Sequence record: OZ196212.1
DNA length: 64,000 nucleotides
Direction: 5' to 3' (one strand)
Shown here: one piece after another, positions 11,368-19,709 of the stretch
How the letters are laid out: the number at the start of each line of letters is the position of its first letter
Position numbering within the stretch: position 1 is the stretch's first letter
Notes under the pieces: generated by a model
What the model saw: the letters and a program-made list of their open reading frames with translations, nothing else
Databases searched by the model: none
Told to the model about the DNA's origin: nothing
Translations under genes and position numbers: made by a program

Positions 11368-11661
11368 ATGCCAATTTCGCAAGGAAGTGTGAATCTCGGT
11401 AATTTAGTTACTCGTTCAGAAATGAATGATGAAATTGAACGTCGAGTTGCACCATTCAATTTGTCTGAATTCAAGTGCAAGGAATTTGAACTCGTTAATG
11501 TCGTTGACATTACGATTGATCATGAGCGCGGCTATATCCCCGATTATCAACTAAGAGATTCGGATGGGTGTCGCATATCAATAGCGGCTCGTCATATTGA
11601 CGACCAAACATTAACAATTTCAAGTGTCTTGCCTATAACAGGCACACTATACGTTTACTAG
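11368..11661 (+). CDS. Hypothetical virion-type protein (97 aa) with I.H..G..P..Q+.D..G beta domain
   Basis: SD AGGAG; C-terminal ITIDHERGYIPDYQLRDSDG...TLTISSVLPITGTLYVY resembles the end of the next ORF. Confidence 0.75.
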   Translation: MPISQGSVNLGNLVTRSEMNDEIERRVAPFNLSEFKCKEFELVNVVDITIDHERGYIPDYQLRDSDGCRISIAARHIDDQTLTISSVLPITGTLYVY

Positions 11662-11673
11662 GAGAATACTCAC

Positions 11674-13533
11674 ATGAGTAGCACTGACAAAACAGATCTA
11701 GTGTATCGTCATTTAGACTTTGCCGATACATCAAAAATCTTGAACCTACCTGACGCTACGTTAGATGGTTCACCGTTGCCGAAGTCGCAAATCGAAGCAC
11801 TACTGGCAGCAAAACAAAACTCACTAAGCGACGAGAATGGTATCGTTATCGATGGTGCAAACATCGCTATCGATCTATTGCTTTCTGACCCATCACTATC
11901 GCTTTCAGGTACGTGGAATTATTACTCACGCAACTCGACTGGTTCAGCGGGTGATTTCGACGTAGCAGGCTATGTTGACATGGGTGTGGGTGAAATTGCA
12001 TCATTCGGTTCAAGCTCACCTTACAACTTCCAAGTAACTTCCACATCATCTAACTCATACCACTGGTATCGTAGAGACAACGGTGATGGTACTTACATGG
12101 TACTGGGTTTCTACTTGCCGGGTGGTCAGTACACAATCGCTAAAGTAACTGGCGACCCTGCTGATTTCACAAACGTTGTTGTTGAATACAAAGCATCGCC
12201 ACCTACAACAGGTCATAAAGAAATTGATGGTGAACGTTACGCTGACTCAGATCACGCAGGCATTACTCTAGCTGCGGGTGGTAACATTTCGTACGCTAAG
12301 TTCCAAAGCGGTCAACTAGCAGTAAACGTCGCTCATTCTGAGGGTGAAGCTACAACTGGTAAAGTGTTCGATGCGAAAGTAGCGAAAGACTTGATCAACG
12401 AAAAAACAGATGAAGCGAAAATCGCGGCTAACACGACGTTTGATAACACAAGCGCGTCTTACCCACAAGCACCTACTGACGTACAATCAATGGGTGAGGC
12501 TGCTAAAGAGCAGATTGACATCGCGAAATCGACAGCCGATGGCGCTGTGACAGTGAACACGACTCAGAACACGAACATTGCGGCACACTCAACTGTGCTA
12601 GGCGTGTCTAACGGTGCAACTCATCTAGGTGGCTTTACTAACGATCTTCTTGATGACAACGCAGACGTGAAAACTGTGTTTGAAAGCATCGCAACTGAAA
12701 TGGACTCGCGTGCTGCGTCAACTCAAGCTCTATTGGGTGTGACTCTTGGCGATACGGGCATGGGCGACATGACATCTACCATCTACACGGATGATACAGA
12801 TGTTAAATCTCTGCTAGACGAAGCGGGTTCTGCAATCGAATCGTTACAAGTTGGTGCAGGCGCGTTCTGGACTGCTGTAGATTATCACCACCACGAAGAT
12901 TCTCACGCACTTCCTGCGGGATTCGGTGATGGTTCGACTGACGTTGGTACGCTAGTAATCGACCCGACTGGTTCGAACTTGACAGTTGCAGAACTTGAAA
13001 CGGGTGACCGTATTCTTGTAATCGGTGACGGTACAGATCCAGTAACTGGTATCTACGTTGTAAATGCTGATAACTCGACTCAACGTGCAACTGACGCGCA
13101 AGCAAGTGGAGATTTCACAACAAACAAAACTGTGAACATCATCAACGGTGGCTCACACGCAGGTGCGACTTACGCATATGTTGGTGCTTCTGATCCTACA
13201 ATAGGCTCTGACGCTCTACCGTTCGAGTTCAAGCAAGGTACAAACGTCGGTGATACAACAATCACTGAAGCTAAACTTGCTATCGTTCTTGCTCAGAAAG
13301 TGAATGACAAGACTGACAAAGAGACTGCTACATTCGATATAAATACATCAGATGGAAACGGTGGCTTTACTGAAACAATTGCACATACGCTAGGCGAAGA
13401 TTACATCGCTCAAGTGGCAGATGCTGCAACTGGTGAAGTACGCACCAATTTCGAAGTTGTTAAATCGGACAACCAAGTAGTGGTTAACTCAAACATTTCT
13501 GTTACTGGTTTGAAGATTGTAATTATTGGTTAA
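11674..13533 (+). CDS. Putative fibre/decoration structural protein (619 aa)
   Basis: G/T/A/D-rich; two LGV...G.T.lG...D..DVK repeats; GDRILV..G...GIYVV...RATD module common in phage structural proteins; late operon. Confidence 0.7.
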   Translation: MSSTDKTDLVYRHLDFADTSKILNLPDATLDGSPLPKSQIEALLAAKQNSLSDENGIVIDGANIAIDLLLSDPSLSLSGTWNYYSRNSTGSAGDFDVAGYVDMGVGEIASFGSSSPYNFQVTSTSSNSYHWYRRDNGDGTYMVLGFYLPGGQYTIAKVTGDPADFTNVVVEYKASPPTTGHKEIDGERYADSDHAGITLAAGGNISYAKFQSGQLAVNVAHSEGEATTGKVFDAKVAKDLINEKTDEAKIAANTTFDNTSASYPQAPTDVQSMGEAAKEQIDIAKSTADGAVTVNTTQNTNIAAHSTVLGVSNGATHLGGFTNDLLDDNADVKTVFESIATEMDSRAASTQALLGVTLGDTGMGDMTSTIYTDDTDVKSLLDEAGSAIESLQVGAGAFWTAVDYHHHEDSHALPAGFGDGSTDVGTLVIDPTGSNLTVAELETGDRILVIGDGTDPVTGIYVVNADNSTQRATDAQASGDFTTNKTVNIINGGSHAGATYAYVGASDPTIGSDALPFEFKQGTNVGDTTITEAKLAIVLAQKVNDKTDKETATFDINTSDGNGGFTETIAHTLGEDYIAQVADAATGEVRTNFEVVKSDNQVVVNSNISVTGLKIVIIG

Positions 13534-13551
13534 TTATAAAGGGGGTTGGAC

Positions 13552-14073
13552 GTGAGTCAACTTACTAAACATGCAGATACATTGACGAAAGGCGAGCTGG
13601 ATGCATTCGCAAAAGAATACTACGGTCTAGATCTAGACCGTCGTAAATCAAAAGGCGCGATGACGAAAGCACTTGTCGAGCACGATCAGACAAATGCGCC
13701 TGTTAAACCGTTACCTTGGGAAGAGCTTTTAGTTGAAACGCCAGCCGAAGAAACTGAAGTAACCGAAGAAGTGGCAGAAGCGAAAGCTCCTGCTGCTCCG
13801 GTTGAAGCTGAACAAGAAACAAAAGTTGTTGAGACGAAAGTCGATGCATCATTTGTACCCGCACGCTTGCCATTCAAGCGCGACGGTGTACCGTTCATGA
13901 CTGCTTCAGCATCGGTAGTTGATTTTGTCGCTGAATTGAAATCAGGCAAGGTTAGCTTAGAGCAATGTCCACGCAGCGATGAGAAAGCAGTTAAATCTAT
14001 TCTGTTTTACATCGAACGTGACGGTAAGGTGCTTGTACGCGAAACGCGTAACAGTCGCTTTATCGAACTATAA
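13552..14073 (+). CDS. inh: Inh-like protein (inhibitor of prohead protease / minor capsid protein)
   Basis: N-terminal LDAFAKEYYGLDLDRRKSK, acidic linker, C-terminal ILFYIERDGKVLVRETRNSRFIEL as in T4 Inh; GTG 13552 has an SD. Confidence 0.82.
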   Translation: MSQLTKHADTLTKGELDAFAKEYYGLDLDRRKSKGAMTKALVEHDQTNAPVKPLPWEELLVETPAEETEVTEEVAEAKAPAAPVEAEQETKVVETKVDASFVPARLPFKRDGVPFMTASASVVDFVAELKSGKVSLEQCPRSDEKAVKSILFYIERDGKVLVRETRNSRFIEL

Positions 14074-14084
14074 GGGGTTTTAAC

Positions 14085-14417
14085 ATGACAGCACCAATTG
14101 GTGGTATCTATGGTATCTTGGATATCGACGTAACAGTATCTGACGCGGTCGTTGCACTAGCAGATGCTGCAAAGTCAATCTATGATGATGTAGACGCGTC
14201 GAATTTTCACAATGCCGGCGAGAAGTACGTAATAATCGAACAAACACACGCAGAGCTTGATTCACAGTTGGCGGACGGTCTTGTAGACTTGTCTGGGTTG
14301 ACTCAAGAATCAATCGACGTAATCGCGAACGCGGTTGATGGCGAAACTACGCTATGTCGTGAGACTGCAAACAGCCGATTCTTCCGAATCAACTGGACAG
14401 TTACAGTAACACCATAA
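14085..14417 (+). CDS. Hypothetical protein with an Inh-like C-terminal motif (110 aa)
   Basis: SD GGGG; ends LCRETANSRFFRI, aligning with the preceding Inh C-terminus. Confidence 0.7.
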   Translation: MTAPIGGIYGILDIDVTVSDAVVALADAAKSIYDDVDASNFHNAGEKYVIIEQTHAELDSQLADGLVDLSGLTQESIDVIANAVDGETTLCRETANSRFFRINWTVTVTP

Positions 14418-14419
14418 AC

Positions 14420-14446
14420 AAAAGCCCGCGTTTAGCGGGCTTTTTT
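14420..14446. terminator. Bidirectional terminator
   Basis: AAAAGCCCGC-GTTTA-GCGGGCTTTTTT between convergent genes. Confidence 0.85.
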
Positions 14447-14462
14447 GTGTCTGTAAGCGATT

Positions 14463-15629
14463 CTAAGCAACGAATGCTACACGCTGTACCAATGTTTGTT
14501 TTTCACCCTTAAACTCTTCGTGAGTCTTTACAGTAGCTTTTACAGTGGCTTTCTCGCCCTCTGCTACGTACTCATCTTCTTTGTTCTCAAGACGCTTAGA
14601 GCCAAACCATACAACTAAGTTGTTTTGCTCGTCACGGAAGCGGTGAATGTACGTGTCGCCGTAGTAGCCGTCAAGTACGATTACTTTCTCAAGTGTTAGC
14701 GTGAATGTTTCGCGCTTCTTAACAGTACCGATGTACTCAGATTCGCCAAGCTCTTCAACTTTCTTCGCTTTAGCTTTCATGATTTCTTCTTTCTCTACGC
14801 CTTTGCTGTATGCAACAACTGACGCAGCTAAGAAACCTGCCTGCTTGTACTCGATGTAATCTGGCTTACATGAAGCGATAACGTTGCTCATGAAGTCGTT
14901 AGTTGCTTCTTGCTCACCAACCCATTTGCGAATTGTTTCTGCACGCTCAGTCATCTTGTCGAAGTCAACTTTAGCTAGAAGCTCATCGCGGTCATTGCGT
15001 GCTTCTTTAGTGCCAGCGTTAAGAAGACGCATTGCTTCGAACTTAGTTTCGCCACCTGCGATGTAACGACCGTCGCGCTCAACTACCATGCATACCCACG
15101 TAAGAAGCTCGATTGTAGTGTAGCAAGGCTTCGCAGAACCACCACCAACGAATTCGTCACCGAAAGATTCAACTGCTTCGAAGAAAGAAGCTAGAGAGTT
15201 AACCGATTTAGTCGGGATGTAGTATTTCAAGCAAGAGCCGCCAACACGCATTTCAGTGTCTTCGTTTTTGATAACGTAAGTTACGTTACGAGCGCGGTTC
15301 GTGTTGCAGTGATCACACGTTGTATCACCAAGAAGATGACGATGATTAGTCTCACCGTGAGAGCGAACAAGACCCGTTTCGTGGTCAAGTTGAGTTACGA
15401 AATCCCAGCCGTTGAACTGTGGGTATTCGCCCGTGATAGTCACGTCGTTGTAGTACACTTTGTACCAGCCGTTTACGCCTAGCACGTTTTCGTACGTCTC
15501 TTTACCAACTTCAAGAGTAAGCGCATCAACGCCAATTTTCTTAGCAATCTTGTTAGCAGCATCAACGCGTGCTGTAAGTTCAGTGATGTGACGAGCGCGA
15601 ATTCTGTAAGTTGAGTTGATAGCAGTCAT
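14463..15629 (-). CDS. Early hypothetical protein (388 aa), CxxC motif and probable C-terminal OB-fold
   Basis: Long ORF with SD GAGAG; CDHC...GGSC cysteines; C-terminal IGTVKKRETFTLT...ATVKATVKTHEEFKGEKQTLVQRV is OB-like. Confidence 0.75.
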   Translation of the reverse strand: MTAINSTYRIRARHITELTARVDAANKIAKKIGVDALTLEVGKETYENVLGVNGWYKVYYNDVTITGEYPQFNGWDFVTQLDHETGLVRSHGETNHRHLLGDTTCDHCNTNRARNVTYVIKNEDTEMRVGGSCLKYYIPTKSVNSLASFFEAVESFGDEFVGGGSAKPCYTTIELLTWVCMVVERDGRYIAGGETKFEAMRLLNAGTKEARNDRDELLAKVDFDKMTERAETIRKWVGEQEATNDFMSNVIASCKPDYIEYKQAGFLAASVVAYSKGVEKEEIMKAKAKKVEELGESEYIGTVKKRETFTLTLEKVIVLDGYYGDTYIHRFRDEQNNLVVWFGSKRLENKEDEYVAEGEKATVKATVKTHEEFKGEKQTLVQRVAFVA

Positions 15630-15673
15630 AATGTTCTCTCTATGTAAATGGACGATTTGTTTCGTTGATAGAG

Positions 15674-15702
15674 ATATTACTGCTTTTTGGTGAAAGCGTC
15701 AA
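15674..15702 (-). promoter_or_regulatory. Early sigma70-type promoter TTGACG-17-TAATAT
   Basis: Upstream of ORF 15629; leader ends GAGAGAACATTATG. Confidence 0.8.
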
Positions 15703-15712
15703 CCGCAAACCT

Positions 15713-15738
15713 AAAAAAAAGCGCAAATTAATGCGCTT
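15713..15738 (-). terminator. Rho-independent terminator
   Basis: AAGCGCA/TGCGCTT stem with an 8-T tail on the minus strand, just after the ORF ending at 15742. Confidence 0.75.
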
Positions 15739-15741
15739 AGT

Positions 15742-16719
15742 TTATTTTTCTAGTTCGTAGAAGACTGTATCACCACTCGACATAGAAGTAACTGAGAGAT
15801 TGTAACCCTCTTGTGCTCCAAGCTTGCGCATGATTCTAGTGTATAGAGATTTACGCTTCTCATTACCATCGCCAGTAGCTGTAACAACTTTACGGCAGTT
15901 GTATTGATGAGCAAACGTAATTGCTTCTTGTGCAACTGTAGCGAATACCGTAAATGCGTTTTCAGAATCAGTGATATCGTAAGTCCATTTGCCGTTCACA
16001 GACGCGTGGAAGTGAATCTCGACTGTATCAACCGTTATGTTATCTTCCCAACCAAAGTCAATATCGTCTGAGTCTTCGTGCTGAATACCATGAGGTACTA
16101 GAACGATTTGATACATTTGATTACCGACTTCAAACAACCCGAATATTGGCTTGCGGTCTTTCGTTGGCGTATTGCCTTTCGGGTATGTTACTTTAGCTGC
16201 TCGGTCAAGTGACTCAGTAAGATTGACAGATGAAAGCCAGTCTTGCCAGTTCTTACGACTACCGATTTTTGTAAATGGGATGTCGTCGTGGTCGAGCCAC
16301 TGAATCGAACGGTCGTATGATTGCGACACGTTAAATCCGTTGTAGTCGTCACCGACCCATAGCCATTTGTGATGCCAGATTTGATTGACTTGTCGTGGCT
16401 TCGCGACTTTGCGTTCTGCAACGTCAACGACAATCATCTTACCAGCCGCAGGTTCTTGTACGTGATCGAACTCAGTTGATTCGTAGAAAGCAATCGTAGA
16501 CTTCTTGTAATCGATTCTAACGACGTTCGGGCAGAAAGTCGGGTTCTCAATCGAAAGAAGTGTGCGTGCTTCTGCTACGCGCTCTTTGAACTCTTCAGGT
16601 ACGTAATTGATGTGTAAGTATAATGCACCGCCGATATCTTTACCCACGCCCCATTTGCTTCGTTTAACTGCTGAACCTTTTCGCGTCTTCAGCGTTGCGC
16701 GTTCAAAGATTAGATTCAT
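15742..16719 (-). CDS. Two-domain late hypothetical protein (325 aa), possible internal head protein
   Basis: Long ORF in a late operon; starts MNLIFE; second half shares VFATV...R..LY.R with ORF 60291. Confidence 0.8.
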   Translation of the reverse strand: MNLIFERATLKTRKGSAVKRSKWGVGKDIGGALYLHINYVPEEFKERVAEARTLLSIENPTFCPNVVRIDYKKSTIAFYESTEFDHVQEPAAGKMIVVDVAERKVAKPRQVNQIWHHKWLWVGDDYNGFNVSQSYDRSIQWLDHDDIPFTKIGSRKNWQDWLSSVNLTESLDRAAKVTYPKGNTPTKDRKPIFGLFEVGNQMYQIVLVPHGIQHEDSDDIDFGWEDNITVDTVEIHFHASVNGKWTYDITDSENAFTVFATVAQEAITFAHQYNCRKVVTATGDGNEKRKSLYTRIMRKLGAQEGYNLSVTSMSSGDTVFYELEK

Positions 16720-17315
16720 TATCGTCTCGATTGGTCGTTTATAATGTGACGCATCAAGTTAACTGCGTAATCCGTTTGACCGGTCATAGCAGCCGATGCA
16801 GCTTTATCGACGTAGAACGTACTGTCTTCGATCATGTTCAGATGCTTATAGATCTCTCTGAAGTCGTGACGGTCGTATTCTTTATCAGACCAACGCAAAG
16901 CACCTGCTTTTTTGTCGTCGTCGTGAACACGCTTGTACTCATCGATAACACGAATCATTTCCGAAGCTTGCTTCTTCATCATCATGTTGTCCATCTTCAG
17001 ACGTTTCGCAGCCTTTGCCACTTCGTCTTGAGGACGGTCGTGCTGTATAGCGTCCATTAGAATGTTCATGCTATGCAGAGTATCAATACCTGCCTTTTCC
17101 ATAGCTTGTTGTTGTCGCTGAAGCGTAGAATTGTGCTTACCTAACTCACCCGATGCTGTAGCACTCGCGATAAGACCAGAAAATACACTCCACCAACCGC
17201 CTTTCTTCTGTATACGCTTCTTAACTTCACCTTTCGAACCGCTAGTAAAGTCTTTGAATTGCGCCCACTTACCAGAAAGTGTTGCTTTTTCACGTTCAGT
17301 CAAAAATTCAATCAT
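16719..17315 (-). CDS. Late hypothetical protein (198 aa), possible internal head protein
   Basis: SD AGGGG; TCTAAATA upstream; starts MIEFLTE; helical and charged. Confidence 0.78.
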   Translation of the reverse strand: MIEFLTEREKATLSGKWAQFKDFTSGSKGEVKKRIQKKGGWWSVFSGLIASATASGELGKHNSTLQRQQQAMEKAGIDTLHSMNILMDAIQHDRPQDEVAKAAKRLKMDNMMMKKQASEMIRVIDEYKRVHDDDKKAGALRWSDKEYDRHDFREIYKHLNMIEDSTFYVDKAASAAMTGQTDYAVNLMRHIINDQSRR

Positions 17316-17341
17316 GATTTTAACCCCTTATTTGTTTCTTA

Positions 17342-17349
17342 TATTTAGA
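17342..17349 (-). promoter_or_regulatory. Late-promoter variant TCTAAATA
   Basis: 26 nt upstream of ORF 17315, directly after a terminator. Confidence 0.65.
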
Positions 17350-17357
17350 CACAAACG

Positions 17358-17383
17358 AAAAAAGGTAGCCGAAGCTACCTTTT
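17358..17383 (-). terminator. Terminator with UUCG loop
   Basis: Minus strand AAAAGGTAGC-TTCG-GCTACCTTTTTT. Confidence 0.85.
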
Positions 17384-17396
17384 GGGATATCTGATA

Positions 17397-18026
17397 TTAA
17401 CCGTAGATTTTTTTGATTACGTTGTCGAAGAACTCATGACGTTCATTAACTTTCGCAATGACGTAACGTGCATTCGAACGCAGTGCGTTTTCAACCGCCC
17501 ATTTAGGTGACGATACACTAAAGCCCGATTTTGTGAAGATTTCAAGCAATTCTTCACGTCGAGAAGTCTTAGCAAGACTCATGATGTATCGAACTTGTTT
17601 CTTAACTGGTAGTGCTTTGAACTCGTCGATAGCACACACGCCCATAGCTTGAACAGACTGACCTAGACCGTCGTTTAGAACTTCGGTTAGAATCTTCTCA
17701 AGACCAAGAAGCGGCGAGCGTGTTAACGTGTAGCTGTCAACTTCGATAATTCGCTTCGCTTTCACGTTAGCAGTCAGTGTATATGTACGACGACCGCTTG
17801 CAGTGTCTTGTGAAATACAAGCAAATTGCTCATTTCGCGCTAAAACACCATGCACTTTACGACGTAGAGTTTCGTCAAACTTACCGTCATTCAGTGAATA
17901 CACGATATCGTAGATAGTCAGCTCACGAAGCTCAAGCAGCTCTTCGAGTGCGTTCTGGAATACGTTGCGACGCTTACATACGCCAGTTTCAGCTAGATCT
18001 TTACGCACTTCGATTACATTTTTCAT
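17397..18026 (-). CDS. Early hypothetical protein (209 aa), possible N-terminal winged helix
   Basis: SD GAGAG; LTIYDIV...LRRKVHGVLARN..F...GRRTYTL pattern. Confidence 0.7.
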   Translation of the reverse strand: MKNVIEVRKDLAETGVCKRRNVFQNALEELLELRELTIYDIVYSLNDGKFDETLRRKVHGVLARNEQFACISQDTASGRRTYTLTANVKAKRIIEVDSYTLTRSPLLGLEKILTEVLNDGLGQSVQAMGVCAIDEFKALPVKKQVRYIMSLAKTSRREELLEIFTKSGFSVSSPKWAVENALRSNARYVIAKVNERHEFFDNVIKKIYG

Positions 18027-18049
18027 AATATATTTCTCTCTAAAATCAG

Positions 18050-18346
18050 TTATTGTACTTGTTTGTCACCTAGTCGCACTTCGACTGGTGATTGAATTTC
18101 TTCAAATTCTGTGCCTGTGTAAGCAACATATGCTTCGTGGAAGCTATCTTCACCTGACTCAACGACAATATCAGTTTCATTATTGAACGTGTACATCACA
18201 TGATCGTACAGTTCTGTACCTAAATTGTACATCGGTTCAGTTGTGAAAGGAACACCACATGGAGTCGTCAACAACACTAGTTCTGTGTTGACAGCGACGC
18301 GGTCGATATCAGGGAACTGATTGAATTGCTGTTCGAGTATGTTCAT
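18050..18346 (-). CDS. Early hypothetical protein (98 aa)
   Basis: SD GAGAG; first gene after the early promoter at 18379-18407. Confidence 0.72.
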   Translation of the reverse strand: MNILEQQFNQFPDIDRVAVNTELVLLTTPCGVPFTTEPMYNLGTELYDHVMYTFNNETDIVVESGEDSFHEAYVAYTGTEFEEIQSPVEVRLGDKQVQ

Positions 18347-18378
18347 AGTGTTTCTCTCATTTGTTGTCTACGAGACGA

Positions 18379-18407
18379 ATAATACGGCTATTTTTCATAG
18401 CCGTCAA
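18379..18407 (-). promoter_or_regulatory. Early promoter TTGACG-17-TATTAT with a palindromic spacer
   Basis: ACGGCTAT (18384-18391) / ATAGCCGT (18397-18404) inverted repeat inside the promoter. Confidence 0.75.
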
Positions 18408-18410
18408 CCG

Positions 18411-18896
18411 TTATTTGCGCCATTTTGCAAGTTTTTCATCATATTCGCTGTGTTTCCACAAATCAAACACGATTGTCCCGCTCTGAAACCACCACACAAG
18501 TGAGATTGTATCGTTAAGTTTCGGATCTTTCGGGTTCTTACCCACGTACAGTTCAGTGCTAGGGTGCGAGTGGTAAATCGCTTTCTTCACTTGAAACTTG
18601 TAACCACTCTCTGGCTTACCGATTTCTTTTGGCGGGTGTATGTTGCCTTTGTACGCGACTTCATACACTGTGTTCTTAAACACGATACGACTAGAGTCGA
18701 TATTAAATAGCAAGTTTTGGTACTGCACTGCATTCGGGTGCAAACGCCATTTGTGTTTCGGTGTTGCGTTCAGTAGCTGATCAATCTCTGGCTCTTGTAT
18801 CATCTTGCCTAGATTGTGATTGCCCCACTCTTCGTCAAGCGAGATAGCAAGGTCTACCGTGAACACTTCATTTTCGTATTCGCTAAATTTAAACAT
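18411..18896 (-). CDS. Hypothetical protein (161 aa)
   Basis: ORF with SD GGGG, tightly coupled to the upstream Inh-like gene; starts MFKFSEYENE. Confidence 0.72.
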   Translation of the reverse strand: MFKFSEYENEVFTVDLAISLDEEWGNHNLGKMIQEPEIDQLLNATPKHKWRLHPNAVQYQNLLFNIDSSRIVFKNTVYEVAYKGNIHPPKEIGKPESGYKFQVKKAIYHSHPSTELYVGKNPKDPKLNDTISLVWWFQSGTIVFDLWKHSEYDEKLAKWRK

Positions 18897-18898
18897 GA

Positions 18899-19414
18899 CT
18901 ACCCCAGAACTACGAATGAATTGGATAGATTGTCACGAACAAGCAGTTCGCCGCGCAGTGCAACCCAATATGCGATTGTCTGCAACTCGTGAGTATCGCG
19001 ATTGCCGATTAAGTACGCGTGAATGTCATCGTGCTTAACAACTTGGAACAATTCACCCTCATGGCGATACGAGGGCGTCCATTTCGGCTTGAATTCATCT
19101 TTGATGACGATTTCCACGTCGATTGACTCTACGGGATTGCTGATAACCACCTTTAAATCAACGTCAGTCGCTTCTAGAGTTGTTTCAACGATTGGCGCGT
19201 CTGATTCATCGACTAAATCACATGTCGTCTCTGAGCTGATTACAGACGTGTCTAGATAATCATCAGGAAAGCTAGTGATCTTATCGACGTTAGCCATGAT
19301 CAATCGAATCGCTGCTGATTTGGTTAGCGTCTTGTCGTATTCGATGTCAGTATGTTCAAGCTGAAACTCGATGACTTCGCGCTTCGTCTTGCCTTTCAAG
19401 TATTCTTCGTTCAT
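18899..19414 (-). CDS. inh: Second Inh-like protein
   Basis: N-terminal IEYDKTLTK, acidic middle, C-terminal TIAYWVALRGELLVRDNLSNSFVVL; divergent from uvsW like T4 inh. Confidence 0.68.
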   Translation of the reverse strand: MNEEYLKGKTKREVIEFQLEHTDIEYDKTLTKSAAIRLIMANVDKITSFPDDYLDTSVISSETTCDLVDESDAPIVETTLEATDVDLKVVISNPVESIDVEIVIKDEFKPKWTPSYRHEGELFQVVKHDDIHAYLIGNRDTHELQTIAYWVALRGELLVRDNLSNSFVVLG

Positions 19415-19644
19415 TTTGTTGCCTCATCATATTCAACTGTAATCCAGTTGTTTGTATTACAGTCAAAGAATGTAATTTGTGTAGTGTCAGTATAATTCTT
19501 TCGCATTTCTGCTTTGTTGCTATCAAGACGTGGTAAATACGAAGGGTCTAATGTTGCGTTGTATTCGATACCATGCAGTGTGAATTTATGCAATCCTTTT
19601 GCAAGTGCTTCGATTTTCTTGTCTCGCTTCGAGCGTAATTTCAT
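19411..19644 (-). CDS. Hypothetical protein (77 aa), possible SH3/WYL-like fold
   Basis: NATLDPSYLP...TFFDCNTNNW pattern; ATG 19644. Confidence 0.65.
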   Translation of the reverse strand: MKLRSKRDKKIEALAKGLHKFTLHGIEYNATLDPSYLPRLDSNKAEMRKNYTDTTQITFFDCNTNNWITVEYDEATK

Positions 19645-19658
19645 TGATTTCAAACCTC

Positions 19659-19685
19659 TATAAATACAGTTATAACATATTTAGA
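19659..19685. promoter_or_regulatory. Opposed late promoters: TATAAATA (+, uvsW) and TCTAAATA (-, inh operon)
   Basis: TATAAATA at 19659-19666; minus-strand TCTAAATA at 19678-19685. Confidence 0.7.
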
Positions 19686-19709
19686 CGAAACTCGCATAGA
19701 GAGAAAATC

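Noticed and set aside
16695-17394. Plus-strand ORFs 16695-17060 and 17131-17394
   Set aside because: Entirely antisense to better-supported minus-strand genes that have an SD and a late promoter.
19599-19709. Upstream extension of uvsW in the ORF track (similar cases for 34, frd, 61, 30.2, 60237 and 62967)
   Set aside because: The extensions cross promoters or terminators; downstream ATGs have SDs and match known N-termini.
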